This document shows positions 12,359-23,600 of a DNA stretch of 64,000 nucleotides, in pieces. The position numbers and the translations under genes were made by a program. The DNA lies in contig CAVSHR010000007.1 in assembly GCA_963727625.1 (NCBI GenBank), positions 64,001 through 128,000 on the forward strand, written 5' to 3'. Each line of letters starts with the position of its first letter. Position 1 is the stretch's first letter. Source of the DNA: an uncultured delta proteobacterium. GTDB taxonomy: Bacteria; Desulfobacterota; Binatia; UBA9968. The notes under the pieces were generated by a model. The model was not told the DNA's origin. It worked only from the letters and a program-made list of their open reading frames with translations, and searched no databases.

Positions 12359-12523
12359 TTACGCACCGCTCGGTCTACGAGTTCGTTTAGGCGTGGCAAC
12401 TTTGACTTTTCTCGTCTTGCACCAAAATTCAGTCAGGTCGTGGGTGTCCCAGAACTTTCCGATGTCCGCATATGAGCACGCTTTAGAAATCGAACTTTTA
12501 CCTCGTCGAATGTTCCCTCTCAT
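12359..12523 (-). CDS. Short or truncated CopG/BrnA-like antitoxin, 54 aa (not in ORF track)
   Basis: Hand translation MRGNIRRGKSSISKACSYADIGKFWDTHDLTEFWCKTRKVKV... with the FWDTHD motif. The DNA-binding C-terminus appears missing. Confidence 0.55.
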   Translation of the reverse strand: MRGNIRRGKSSISKACSYADIGKFWDTHDLTEFWCKTRKVKVATPKRTRRPSGA

Positions 12524-12526
12524 GAT

Positions 12527-12952
12527 TCAGCCGCCGGGCTGGCGTTTGCGCAGCTCCGCTTCTTTAAGACCATTCTTCAACAAGTAACGCTTAATTCGGT
12601 TGAGAAACTCTCGGCATCGCCGGCACTCACCGCTCGCGTCCTCTTTGGAAAAGACTGTCTCGACGTCGTAGTCGGCTGCCAAGCGATCGTCGAGGCTCTC
12701 AACGAGATAAGCCGACCACTCGGGTTCGATTTCGCCCGGCTTAACAAGATGTAAGCCGAACATTCGCCTGACTGAGGCATGGCTTTCGGCTGCCACATCG
12801 TGGACCTGGAGGGCGGCCTTCGCTGCATGAAGAATTGCGTAATAGGCCCTCGATATTCCGTCCGCATAGCAACGGTTTCGAGTCAAAGTCTCCGCGGCTC
12901 GAAGCGCCTCGCGCGCCCTGCTCCATTCCGCCAAGACCATATTCCGATTCAT
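12527..12952 (-). CDS. HEPN domain protein
   Basis: SRAYYAILHAAKA...SH...DRLAADY (RX4Y). Start at ATG 12952 overlaps the MNT stop. Confidence 0.88.
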   Translation of the reverse strand: MNRNMVLAEWSRAREALRAAETLTRNRCYADGISRAYYAILHAAKAALQVHDVAAESHASVRRMFGLHLVKPGEIEPEWSAYLVESLDDRLAADYDVETVFSKEDASGECRRCREFLNRIKRYLLKNGLKEAELRKRQPGG

Positions 12953-13296
12953 GCGACGCGCACCCCGTCGCGGTCCACCGCCTGACGAAAGCTCGATCCG
13001 CTTCGCTTCCGGCTTTCCCACTCGTCCTCGGTGTACGCGATGATAGATGGCAAAACATCCGCAGTGGCGGCCAGCAAGTAGCCGATTCGCCGTAGCGTTC
13101 GTTTAAGGCGCCCAGCCTTATTCTTAACAATCAAAAGCACATCCAGATCGCTTTCAGCATGGGCCTGCCCCCGAGCCTTTGACCCGTAGATCAGCATCTC
13201 ATGAACGGCGTCCGGATATTTTTCATTAAGCGCTTTTCGATAAGAATCGATCCACGCTCTTTCCGCCTTCGTAAGTTGGAGGACGTGATTTTTCAT
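12949..13296 (-). CDS. Minimal nucleotidyltransferase (MNT) antitoxin
   Basis: YGSKARG...SDLDVL (GSx10DxD) motif, paired with HEPN. Confidence 0.9.
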   Translation of the reverse strand: MKNHVLQLTKAERAWIDSYRKALNEKYPDAVHEMLIYGSKARGQAHAESDLDVLLIVKNKAGRLKRTLRRIGYLLAATADVLPSIIAYTEDEWESRKRSGSSFRQAVDRDGVRVA

Positions 13297-13318
13297 CTTC
13301 CTTTGCCCCCTTTGTCCG

Positions 13319-14945
13319 TTAGTCTCCCTCGGCCGATAGCAAGTCCATCTGCCCGCGCGGAGGCGGCGCCTTCGGCAGATTCTCCACCTTCAGGCTGTAG
13401 TCGTCCTTGCCCCACTCGCAGCGCGACAGCACGGCCTTGGGAATTTTCTTCACCGTCAGATTGCCGTAACCGTCCTTACGACCACGGAAGGCGCTGCATA
13501 CAACCAGCAGCGATCGCTCCGGACCAACCTCGTCGCTCAACTGCTGAAGTTGGTCGTGGCTCAGGTTCGCTGTCGTGACGTAAATGAAATCCCGCTCGGT
13601 GGAATGGCCGTGCTGCCAATAGACCGTATCGCTCGGCGCATAGACGAATCCCTCCAGCTTGCACACCGCCTCCGCCAACATCGCGGCGTTGAACTTCTCG
13701 CTGATGACCCAGTTGCCCCACTTGTCTTTTTCTAGCAGCGACGGCGAAAGGCGGTAGTAACGGAAGCCCCCGCCGCCGTTCCAGCCCACCGCCTCACTGA
13801 TCCCGCCTTGATCCGTTCCGTCGAGGACTTTCTTCATTCGCGGGATGATGTGTGTGTGACAATGTTCGCCCAGCTCCACCATTATCCAGCGTCGGCCCAT
13901 CTTGTGTGCCACGGCACCCGTCGTGCCGGAACCTGCAAAGGAATCGAGAACCCATTCACCTCGGTTGGTAACCATCTCGATGATATATCTCAACAGGCCT
14001 TCCGGCTTGGGGAACTGAAATTTATTCTCTTGTCCAAATAGCTCAACGCTTTCGTAAGTCCCGTGCTGCGTGTAAAACCCGTCGATTATCGATGTCGGTT
14101 TGGTCTGCCGCTCTTCGCCGTCGTCGTCACGAAGGTATTGCTTAGGACACCGTGACCTTCCCCTTCCGCTCAGTGAAGACGATTCCATTTGCGTAGATTG
14201 CCTTTTTTACGCGATCTTCAGACCACTGCCATTGTTTGTCAGGCCAGATATCCTGACCTTTGTGTTTGATTGGATACCGGAGGTTCGGGCGTTCGTCGTT
14301 GCTTGTTGTTCCCAGAGGCTGGAGCCGATACGGACCGCGCGAGTCGTAATGCTCGTCCTTGAACTTGTAGTACTTGAGCGCCTTTTCATTCGGAGGCAGG
14401 AACAAAGGCGGAAGTTGCTCGATCTCCTTTGCGTAGCAGAGAATGAATTCATTCTGGTTGACAACGTAACGAGACTTAGCGCCTCCGCCGTAACTTTTCT
14501 TCCAAACAAACAACTCCACGCGATTTACTCGCCCAAACACTTCATCGAACAGCAGACCTGCGTGGAACAGTTCGACGTTATCAATAAAGCATAGGATGAG
14601 CCCGTCACGAGTGAGCAGCCGTTTCAATGATTCCAGACGGTCGCGCACCAAAGACAGCCATAGTGAATGTTCGACACTGTCGTCGTAGTGAGTAAAAGCC
14701 GCACCCGTGTTATAGGGCGGATCGATGCAGATGCACTTGATCTTGCCGGTAAATTCCTGTTCGAGCGCTTTGAGAGCAAGAAGATTGTCGCCGAAGATGA
14801 GACGGTTATCGAACAGGTCGTGATCGGTCACCCGGTGCGGCGCGTGGTAAGACTTCTCCGGGTCTTCGAGCAGGATCCGCGGCTCAAGCCTGGGCCGGTT
14901 CTCCTTCCCGATCCAGGTGAGTTCGAGCTTGGTTTTGTTGCTCAT
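13319..14945 (-). CDS. mod: Type III R-M Mod subunit, amino-methyltransferase (one frameshift near 14150)
   Basis: KLELTWIGK, LIFGDNLLAL, DPPYNTG in the first ORF. PKPE and DSFAGSGTTG in the second. Confidence 0.9.
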
Positions 14946-15114
14946 TTCAGTGGATCCAACGCAGCTTTTTCACTGGATGCTACATAGGCACCACAAGGCC
15001 AACTCTTTTGAATTCAATGAGTTGTCTTGCGCGTGCTTGCCGCTAAGCAGCCTCCAGTTACATCGTGTTACATACGCGCAGAAATAAGTCTACGATGGAG
15101 AAAGTCTAACTCCG

Positions 15115-15834
15115 TCAGTCACGCCACGCGTCCTCTGGTTCTAAGGCCGTTGCCGCCGGATTCTCAAGATCGAATTCCCAACGGGCCGGGTTGTCGTGAA
15201 TGTATTGCCGGATGCGATTCAAAGATTCTTCGTCGCGGACGATGTGTTCGTAGTAGTTGCGTTGCCACAATCGGCCTGGAAAAGGTGTCCAGCCTGATTG
15301 TTTGACGGCGTCTATGAATCGTTTTGTGGTCAAGGTTTTGAACCGATGCATGATGTCGGGCAACGATAACGTAGGGGCAACCCCCTGTGGTTGCCCCAAT
15401 CCGGCGGGTGGATTTTTCGTAGGGGCGCCCCCCTGTGGGCGCCCGGTAGCTGGGCGGGCACCACGGCTTGTCGCAATCCTCGACCCCGCATCCGGGCAGG
15501 CACGGGGGCCTGTCGTAACACTCAACCCCGCATCCGGGCAGGCACGGGGGCCTGCCCCTACAAGAACGACGATGCCGTGGATGTGGTTGGGCATCACAAC
15601 AAACACGTCGGTTTTTATACCCGCGTAATGCGCTGGTAATTCGTCCCACGCGGCTTGCACGATCCATCCGGCATCGTTCAACCGCATGGCGCCATTCTCG
15701 ATCTCGCCGAACAAGCACATTCTGTCTTGCGTTACGACGGTCACAAAGTACATTCCCGCTTGGTTGTAGTCATACCCCTTTAAACGAATTGACCGTCGGT
15801 GGTGTTTGTCTGAGTCGTATTTCATACCGGCCAT
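15115..15834 (-). mobile_element. REP-associated tyrosine transposase (RAYT, Y1 family)
   Basis: HRRSIRLKGYDY, YFVT, MPNHIH (HUH), WQRNYYEHIVR, YIHDNP motifs. Confidence 0.9.
15371..15561. repeat. Cluster of GTAG-type REP palindromes inside the RAYT gene
   Basis: gtaggggcaaccccctgtggttgcccc (15371), gtaggggcgccccctgtgggcgccc (15419), inverted copy ending cctgcccctac (15536-15561), and a 30-nt direct repeat at 15483/15525. Confidence 0.85.
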
Positions 15835-15847
15835 TATCTAATCGCAC

Positions 15848-18698
15848 CTAGGCTACGCTCCATCGGACCGAAAACAAGTGCGTCTGCGATATCTGTTGCT
15901 GCAACTTTCCTTCGATCTCTGCAATCAGCTGCTCCCGTCGCCGGTCGATTTCGTCTTGGGCATCGAAGAGGGAGCGGCGTTTGGCGTTGCGCTGGGACTC
16001 CAGCGCTTTGATCTGCTTCTGACCGGCGAGTTTTTCTTCCAGCGTGAGTGCTGCCGTCGCAGCGCGGCGGGCTTCTTTGATCTGGCGATCGATTTCTTTT
16101 ATCTCGCGCTCCAAGCCGACTTTGAGATCCTCGGCCCAGGAGTCGAGTTTTTCAGTCTCGATACCGAAGAAGCGGGCGTTGCGTTCGGAGATTTCCCGCT
16201 GGATTTCGGTCTGGCGGCGCTGGGTGATCGTTTGAAGGTCGTTGGCAGGGGAACAGAGAGAAGATTGCTTGGTCTTGCCGGGCAGAGACAACAAACGACG
16301 TGCAACTTCTTCGTCCACAGTTTCACCCTTGTCGGTGACCGCAGCGAAGATCATGTGATCTTCGGCTTGATCCAGTGATTCAACGCTGAGCTGTGACACA
16401 CATAGATAACCGCTTTGGCCACGCAGGGGTTGGAGGGCGCTGATCTTGCCGACGTAAGCGTCGTAGTCGAAACTGATCTCGGCAGGCGGCAATTCCCGGT
16501 TCTTGGCTTGGGTGATGATCGCTTCGGCGAGCGGATGGCTTAGGCGGTACGTATGCGCATCGCGCGAGCGGCGCGGCAATTCGTAAAGGCCGACGGGATC
16601 TCACCTGGGAAAGGCGAAGTTTGCAGTCGAAAGGAATGGTCAGCTCAAAAACTCCGCATAGTCCTTCAGCTCGTATCGGGATAGCCGCATTAAGCAGCTG
16701 CTCGTATCGATCCAAGAAATCTTTTGCCGCCGCATCCCGCACGCGGAGCTTGTTCCTAACGTCGTCATCGAAATTTTCGAGCAGTTTCTGCTTTGTCTGC
16801 GTCATCGCTTCGTTGATCTCAAAACTGAGTTCGAGCTGAAGCTGATCGAAGGCGGTCTTGATCTCGTCGGTCTTGCGGCAGCGCTGGTAGATGTCGTTGA
16901 TGCGCTTCTCGAAGTCCACTCCGCTTTCGATCGCGCCGAGCACTTCGTCGCTGGCGCCGAAGACGCCTTCGAAAAGTTGGAACTTTTCCGACAGCAACTG
17001 GTAAACGCGCCGGTCTGCGGCGTTCTTGCGATTGAGGAAGTTGACGACTACGACGTCGTGCCTCTGCCCGTAGCGGTGGCACCGGCCGATGCGTTGCTCG
17101 ATCCGCTGGGGATTCCAAGGCAGGTCGTAGTTTACGACGAGCGAGCAGAACTGAAGGTTGATGCCCTCCGCGCCCGCTTCGGTGGCGATCATGATCTGGC
17201 CCTGCTCGCGGAAATAATCCACCAGGGCGGAACGCATATCGGCGGTACGCGAGCCCGTGACGTGGTCGGTGCCCCGGTGACGTTCCAGCCAAGCGGCGTA
17301 GATCGCCTTGGAACCGTCGTCGGTATTGGAGCCGTTGAATAGGACGATGCCATCCTTCCACGGACTGTCACCCAATACGCGCAACAGATAGCTTTGAGTG
17401 CGGCGGGATTCGGTGAAGATGATCGCCTTTTGCTCGGCGCCGAGTTCCACGGCTTTCTTCATGGCGATGGCGAGCGCCTTCAGCAACGCTTTGCCCTTGG
17501 CATTGTGATCGATCGAAGTGGCGAGACGGGCGAAGTTGTCGAGATCGGCGATCTCCGCCTCAATGGCGGCGCGGTCGGCTTCGGAAAGCGGTGCTGGAGG
17601 CTGGTCGTCGTCCCATTCCTCCGCGGTTTCGTCCAGGGCCTCATAGTCTTGGTCGAGTTCCTCTTCCAACGATTCTTTTGGCTCCTGTTTACGCAGCTTC
17701 GCCTTAAGTCGTGTCGAGATCGACGTGAGCGCGCCCGCTATGGCGAAGCTTGAAGATGCCAGCAGCTTGCGCAAGACCAGCGTCATTAGCGAGCGCTGGC
17801 TGGAGGGAAGCGCTTGGAGGTTTGGCCGGCGCAAATACTCCGAGACGAGTTCGTAGAGTTGGTCTTCGCTTTCTTCCGGGGTGAATTCTTCAAGCAGGGG
17901 CAGCCGGTTGGTGTACGGAATGTAGGATGTGACCTGCCTGCGCAATGTGCGGTGGCAAATCGGCTTCAGACGCGCCTTGAGAGTTCGGAAAACCTGGTCC
18001 TGAGTCAGGTTGGCGAACTGCTCACGGAAACTCTTGAGATCGCCGAAGGCGTGCTCGTCGATGATGCTGGCGAGACCGAAGAGTTCGAGCAACGAATTCT
18101 GCAGCGGCGTGGCCGTCAGGAGAAGCTTGTGGCGTCCCTGCAATGCCAGTTTGAGAGTGTTCGCGATGACGTTCGACGGCTTGTAGACGTTGCGCAGCCG
18201 ATGCGCTTCGTCGATAACCACGAGATCCCAAGCCGCGTTCGCAACGTCTGACGCCTTGCTGCGCGCAAAGTGATAGGAGCAGATGACGACAGCGTCCTTC
18301 ACCTCGAACGGCTTGAAGACCCCTTGTTTGATCGCGTCGTTGTAGGACTTGGTCTCTAAAATCCGGCAAGGCAGAAAAAACTTCTCCGTCAGCTCCTGAT
18401 GCCACTGCTTGCGCAGATTGGACGGCACGATAACGAGAATGCGCCTCTTACGCTCGGCCCATCTCTGTGAAAGGACAAGACCCGCCTCGATGGTCTTTCC
18501 CAACCCGACTTCATCGGCCAGCAACGCGCCCTTCGAAAGCGGCGAGTTAAAGGCGAAAAGCGCCGCGTCCACCTGGTGCGGATTGAGATCAACCTGCGCA
18601 CTGGCGACGGCTCCCGCAAGCTTCTCGATACTGTCCGACGAGCAGCGCTTGGTCAGCTCATACGCGTAATATTTAGCGTGGTAGGGAGTCAGGTCCAT
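15848..18698 (-). CDS. SNF2-family helicase (frameshifted near 16590-16690)
   Basis: LADEVGLGKT, DEAH, TATPLQN, EGINLQ, NYDLPWNP, QRIGR motifs. The coiled-coil C-terminus continues in ORF 15848-16579. Confidence 0.9.
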
Positions 18699-19054
18699 TC
18701 AGTCGGGCTTTAGTCCGATTGTTCATTCGAGCAAGAAATGACTCGACTGAAGCTAATGAAATCTATCGTTACTTCGGAAAATTCTTTGGTGCAGTGGTGC
18801 GGCGCTCTAATCGTCGTACCGAACTTGGCCAAAATTTCTCGGTAGTCTACTGCTATCCGTGGGTTTGGGGCAAGGGTGAGCCTGGAGGATAAGGATAAAG
18901 GCGAAAGGATAAAAACAAGCGCGAGGCGGAAGGCGAGGACTGGAAAGCGGGAGCGGTATGAAAGGTTAAGGCAATAGGACCTTCGGAGGGATAAGGGATT
19001 AAAGATTTCCTAGTTCACTCCTAATCCGACATGTACACTTTCGCCGCGCTTTTC

Positions 19055-20641
19055 TTATGTTCTCCTGTTGATGCCGCTGTTTCCGCTGAGTTGCGATCCG
19101 ATCACAGGCTTGCGCTTGACCGTCTTTAACTTCTGGAGATTGGCTTTTCTGCACTCTTTTCGCGCCGTGACCTGTTGTTGCCTGTCGGCCTCGGCGAGAG
19201 TTTCTTTGAGTGCGCTCAACTCGGCATTGGGCTGGGTCACGATATGACGTAGAAGCATTTCAAAATGCTCTGCCATCCGGATGATCGCAGCAGAATCAAA
19301 CAGATCTGAGTTGTATCGTATGGAGGCAGAAAACGATCCTGCCGTTTCGATGATCAACATTACGAGATCCAGAGCGGCTGCGCGGCGTTCCAGGGAGAGG
19401 GACTCCAGCACAAGCCCGCCAGAATTCATCCGGAGCCCGGTTTCGCCCAGCGCGAACGCGGGTACTGCCTGTTCTGCGAGCCGGTGCGGTTTATCCAGTG
19501 CGAACATGACCTGGCAGAGCGGCGAGCGGCTGAGGTCCCGGGTCGGCCGCAGTCGTTGGACCAAGCGAAGGGTAGGGTAATCCTGATGCTCGAGAGCCGC
19601 CAGTACCGTCTCGCGCACCCGACCAAGAAACGCCCGGAAAGTTGGATTGCCCGAAAGATTCGCTCGCAAGACAACAGGATTGGCGAAGAAACCCACAATC
19701 CCTTCAAACTCGGCCCGGCTCCGCCCGACCATAGGAGACGCCACCAGGATGTCTTCCTGACCGGTGTGGTAATAAAGCATCACTTCGAACGCCGCCAGAA
19801 GGACCATGTACAGAGTTGTCCCTTCGGTCTTGGCGCGCGCCTTGAGCTGCCGAGCCAGTGCATCGTTTACGGTGAAATCTTGCTGGGCGCCGCGAAACGT
19901 CTGAATCGGCGGTCGAGGCCGATCGGTCGGAAGATCGAGCACGGGTAACTGACCGGCCAATTGTTTCTTCCAGTAGGCCCATAGCCGCTCACCTTCCGGA
20001 CTCGCCAACATTTCGGTCTGCCAACGAATAAAGTCCGTGTATTGCAGATCAAGAGGACGTAGAGCCGCTGGTCGGCCCGCCTTTTCCGCAGGGTACAGCA
20101 CGCCAAGCTCATTCAGGATCACCGCGAGGGACCAGAAATCAACCACGATATGGTGCACGATCAGCACAAGGATGTGTTCCTGTGCCGAGCGGGTGAACAG
20201 ACTGACCCGCAGTACAGGTCCTCGTTCCAGATCAAAGGGGCGCTGAGTTTCTTCGACCAGCCGGTTCTTGAGCTCATCCTCGCGCCAGGTTGAGGCGTCG
20301 ATCTCCTCGAAGTGGACCTTCAGGCGTTCGTGTATTTGTTGTACGGGTTTGCCAGAACGCACCGCAACCGTGGTCCGCAGCGAAGGATGGCGATCCACTA
20401 GCGCCTGAAATGCGCGCCGCAGGGCCGGAGTGTTTACATCGGAAGATATGCGCGCCGCAAAACTGACATTGTACATCGAGGTCTCCGGCGCGAACTGGCA
20501 CAGGAACCATATTCCCTGCTGATTATCGGAGAGAGGATGAAACGATTTGGCCCCGCTCGCCTTTTTTCGCAGGAGCTGCGCGAGAAGAGCGCGCTTTTCA
20601 TCGGGTGAAAGATCGGCAGTTCGCTGGGATGTCTGGCTCAT
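19055..20641 (-). CDS. Stand-alone NRPS condensation domain protein
   Basis: PLSDNQQGIWF, RHPSLRT, HHIVVDFWS, DLPTDRPRP. No A or T domain. Basic tail KLKTVKRKPV. Confidence 0.9.
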   Translation of the reverse strand: MSQTSQRTADLSPDEKRALLAQLLRKKASGAKSFHPLSDNQQGIWFLCQFAPETSMYNVSFAARISSDVNTPALRRAFQALVDRHPSLRTTVAVRSGKPVQQIHERLKVHFEEIDASTWREDELKNRLVEETQRPFDLERGPVLRVSLFTRSAQEHILVLIVHHIVVDFWSLAVILNELGVLYPAEKAGRPAALRPLDLQYTDFIRWQTEMLASPEGERLWAYWKKQLAGQLPVLDLPTDRPRPPIQTFRGAQQDFTVNDALARQLKARAKTEGTTLYMVLLAAFEVMLYYHTGQEDILVASPMVGRSRAEFEGIVGFFANPVVLRANLSGNPTFRAFLGRVRETVLAALEHQDYPTLRLVQRLRPTRDLSRSPLCQVMFALDKPHRLAEQAVPAFALGETGLRMNSGGLVLESLSLERRAAALDLVMLIIETAGSFSASIRYNSDLFDSAAIIRMAEHFEMLLRHIVTQPNAELSALKETLAEADRQQQVTARKECRKANLQKLKTVKRKPVIGSQLSGNSGINRRT

Positions 20642-23600
20642 TCATTAACTTTCTCATCAGCTAACATATCGGTGAGCAATGAATCCACGTTCTCATCCGA
20701 AAGCTGATCAAGGTTTGCCAACAGCTGTTCGGCATTTCCCTTGTCGATGTGCTCCTGTTGCGATGTGACAGCCGGGGCAAGAGGCGGCGACGGGCTGGAG
20801 CCCTCTGCTGTCAGTTGATCGAGCACCTGTGTTACCGCCTCGTCGACGCTAAAACCCTGAAGAAATTTGACCACCGGAACTTTCACCCCCAAGTCAATCG
20901 CGATCCGGTTTCTCAGTTCGACGGCCATCAGCGAATCCAATCCCAGATTACTAAGCGGTTGCTGCAAGTCCAGTTTAGCTGCGGCAAGCCCGAGCACACG
21001 AGCCACTTGCGCGCTCAGGTAGGACTGCAATAACTCGTGGCGCTCGCCTGGCTCCGCAGCTAGGAGGGCAGCGGAGGTCAGCCCACTTTTTTCTCCCGGA
21101 CGGTCCGTTTGCTGTCGGACCTCGGCTTCCTCAATTGCAAGTTGAGACAGTAGGGGCGGTTCGCTGCCCGCCGGGTAAGACTCGCGGTACTGCTGCCAGT
21201 CGACGGGCACCGCCACGACCTGGATTGCGCCTTGCCCGAGCAGACGTTGCAGCACTTCCAGCGCTTGCTCGGGCGCCATGCTGGTGATTCCCAGAATCGC
21301 AAGGCGCGCGGCGAGGCGCTTCCCCCCAGGCGTATCGGCGAAACCCAGATTGCCCCAAGCGCCCCAGTTGATCGTCAAGGCCGGCTGGCCTTGAGCTCTC
21401 CGGTGATGCGCCAGAGCATCCAGGAAAGCATTGGCGGCGGCATAATTCCCCTGGCCAGCCTGGCCCAAGAGGGAACCCGCTGAAGAGAAGAGCACGAAGA
21501 AATCCAGGGGGGCGTCCTCAAGCAGATGATGCAGCAGCCACCCACCCACCATCTTGGGCTGCAAAACCGTATGCAGTTGGGCGGTATCGAGCTGCACCAG
21601 CAGTCCGTCCTGTATCACTCCCGCCGCGTGCACGACACCGCGGATCGGCGGCCAACCCTCACGGCGAAACTCGTCGAGAAAGCCGCTCAACTGTGCTTCA
21701 TCCGCCACATCCACCGACGCCAGATGCACCGACGCTCCCGAGGCTTCCAGTTCCTGAATGGCAGCGACCTGCCGGGCCAAGCGACCGCCTGTTTCCAGCG
21801 AGCTCCAACTCGAGCGTGGAGGAAGTTTCGTGCGTCCCAAAAGGATCAAGCGCCGTGCCCCTTGCTCGACCATCCAGCGGGCGACCGAGAGGCCGAGCTC
21901 TCCCAGTCCGCCGCTGATGAGATAGCTGCCGTCGGAGCGCCACCTGATCTGACGTTCCCGGCTCGCAGATCGGCGCTTGCGCACTAAACGGGCCACGTAG
22001 CGCCGCCCTTTACGGAACGCCAGTTGATCCTCGCCAGCGGGAGTGGAGATTTCATCGCACAACTGCTGAGCCGTAGTATCTCGCGGCGATGCCGTCGGAT
22101 CGAGATCCACAAGTCCGCCCCACAGTGTAGGGAGTTCTTGAGCAATGACGCGACCCAATCCCCAAAGAGGCGACTGAGCTACGGCCAGCGGCGCGGGCTC
22201 TTCCCCTGCCGCTTGAGCACCACGCGTAGTTAGCCAGAGCCGGGGGAGATCGCGCGATTCCGTTCGCGCCAGTTCCTGGACCAACAGGAGGACACTGCCG
22301 CAGCCCAGAGTCTGGGCTGCATTCAGAGAGGCCGCGGTGGTCTCCTGTGGGCGAGGAGCATCAAGACTCCAGAGATGGACAATCCCACGGCAGACTGGCT
22401 GATCAGATTCCAGTGCCGCCTCGACAAGCCGCCGGAGGTCTTCCGGTTTTTCTGGGCGGATGCGAAAATGCACACCGTCTATGTGCTCGTACGATTCCCC
22501 GCGAGAAACCAGAATGGTCCCTTGTCCCTGTGCTTCCAGCAACGCTGCCAGCCCCTCTCCCACGCCGCCATTGTCGGTAAAGATCAGCCAGCTCCCCCGA
22601 CTGGCCGGCGAGGAAGTTTCCGCAGCTACTTGTCCTTCGACGCGTTCTTTGGGCTGCCACTGAAACTCATAGAGCCAGTCGTCGAGATCCGTCTCAACAG
22701 CGCGCTGTGGGTCGTCGCCCAGATATTCGAAGCGAAGTCCGAGAATCTCGACAGCCACGCGCTCAGCTTCATCGAGGAGCCGCACTTCTCCCGTTACTGT
22801 ATCAGCGTCGCGTTCTTGGACATGGGCGTTACTCCAGAGATGCAGGCCGGGACGACCGCAGACCCGGAGCTGATCTATGCGGGTCGGCATGAAAATACCT
22901 TGTTTGCCGTTTTGAGTTGCTTCGGCGGCTACCGCTGCTCCCATAATCTGTAAGCCGGCGTCCAGAACCGCCGGGTGGATTCGGTAGGCGTTAAATTCTG
23001 TATCCGACCCGTCTGGAACCTTGACTTCACCCAGCACCTCTCCATTGTTTCGCCACAACTGTGCGATGCTCTGGTAAAAGGGACCGTAGTCGATACCGCT
23101 TTCGCGGAGTCTCAGATAATAGTCCTGGCCGGAGACTTTCTCCGAGCATCGACTTTGGATCTCTGCGAGCGTCTCCCTGCCAGAAACAGGGAAAGTGCTG
23201 TTATCCTCTAGAGGACAGGCGTTCCCGGTCGCATGCAGCGTCCACGATTTACTGGCGTGGTCTCCCGGGCGGCTGTAAATGTGAAAAGACGCCCCTCCAT
23301 CGGTGCCGGGAGAAAGGATAACCTGAATCGTGTGGGGTTTGTCCTCAGGTAAAAAAAGCGCCCTGGCAAATTCTACATCCTTCAACGCAAAGGATTGTTC
23401 GCCGAAGACCTCAACGGCGGCGGCCAGGGCCATCTCCAGATAGGCCGAGGCGGGCAGCACGGCAACCCCTTGGATGCGATGGTCGTCCAGATATGGCAGG
23501 GCTCGCTTGTCCAAAGTGAATTCCCAGAAGTGGCTTCCTGCGGGATGGGCCGACGTGAAGTGGTGGCCGAGAAGAGGGTGAGTCCCAATTGCGCTCCGCG

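Noticed and set aside
15371-15561. CRISPR array
   Set aside because: Units are mixed-orientation, degenerate and intragenic with no regular spacers. No cas genes are present.
9665-18698. DISARM or BREX system
   Set aside because: No DrmA/DrmB/PLD or PglZ/BrxC genes are recognisable. The motifs fit type III Mod/Res.
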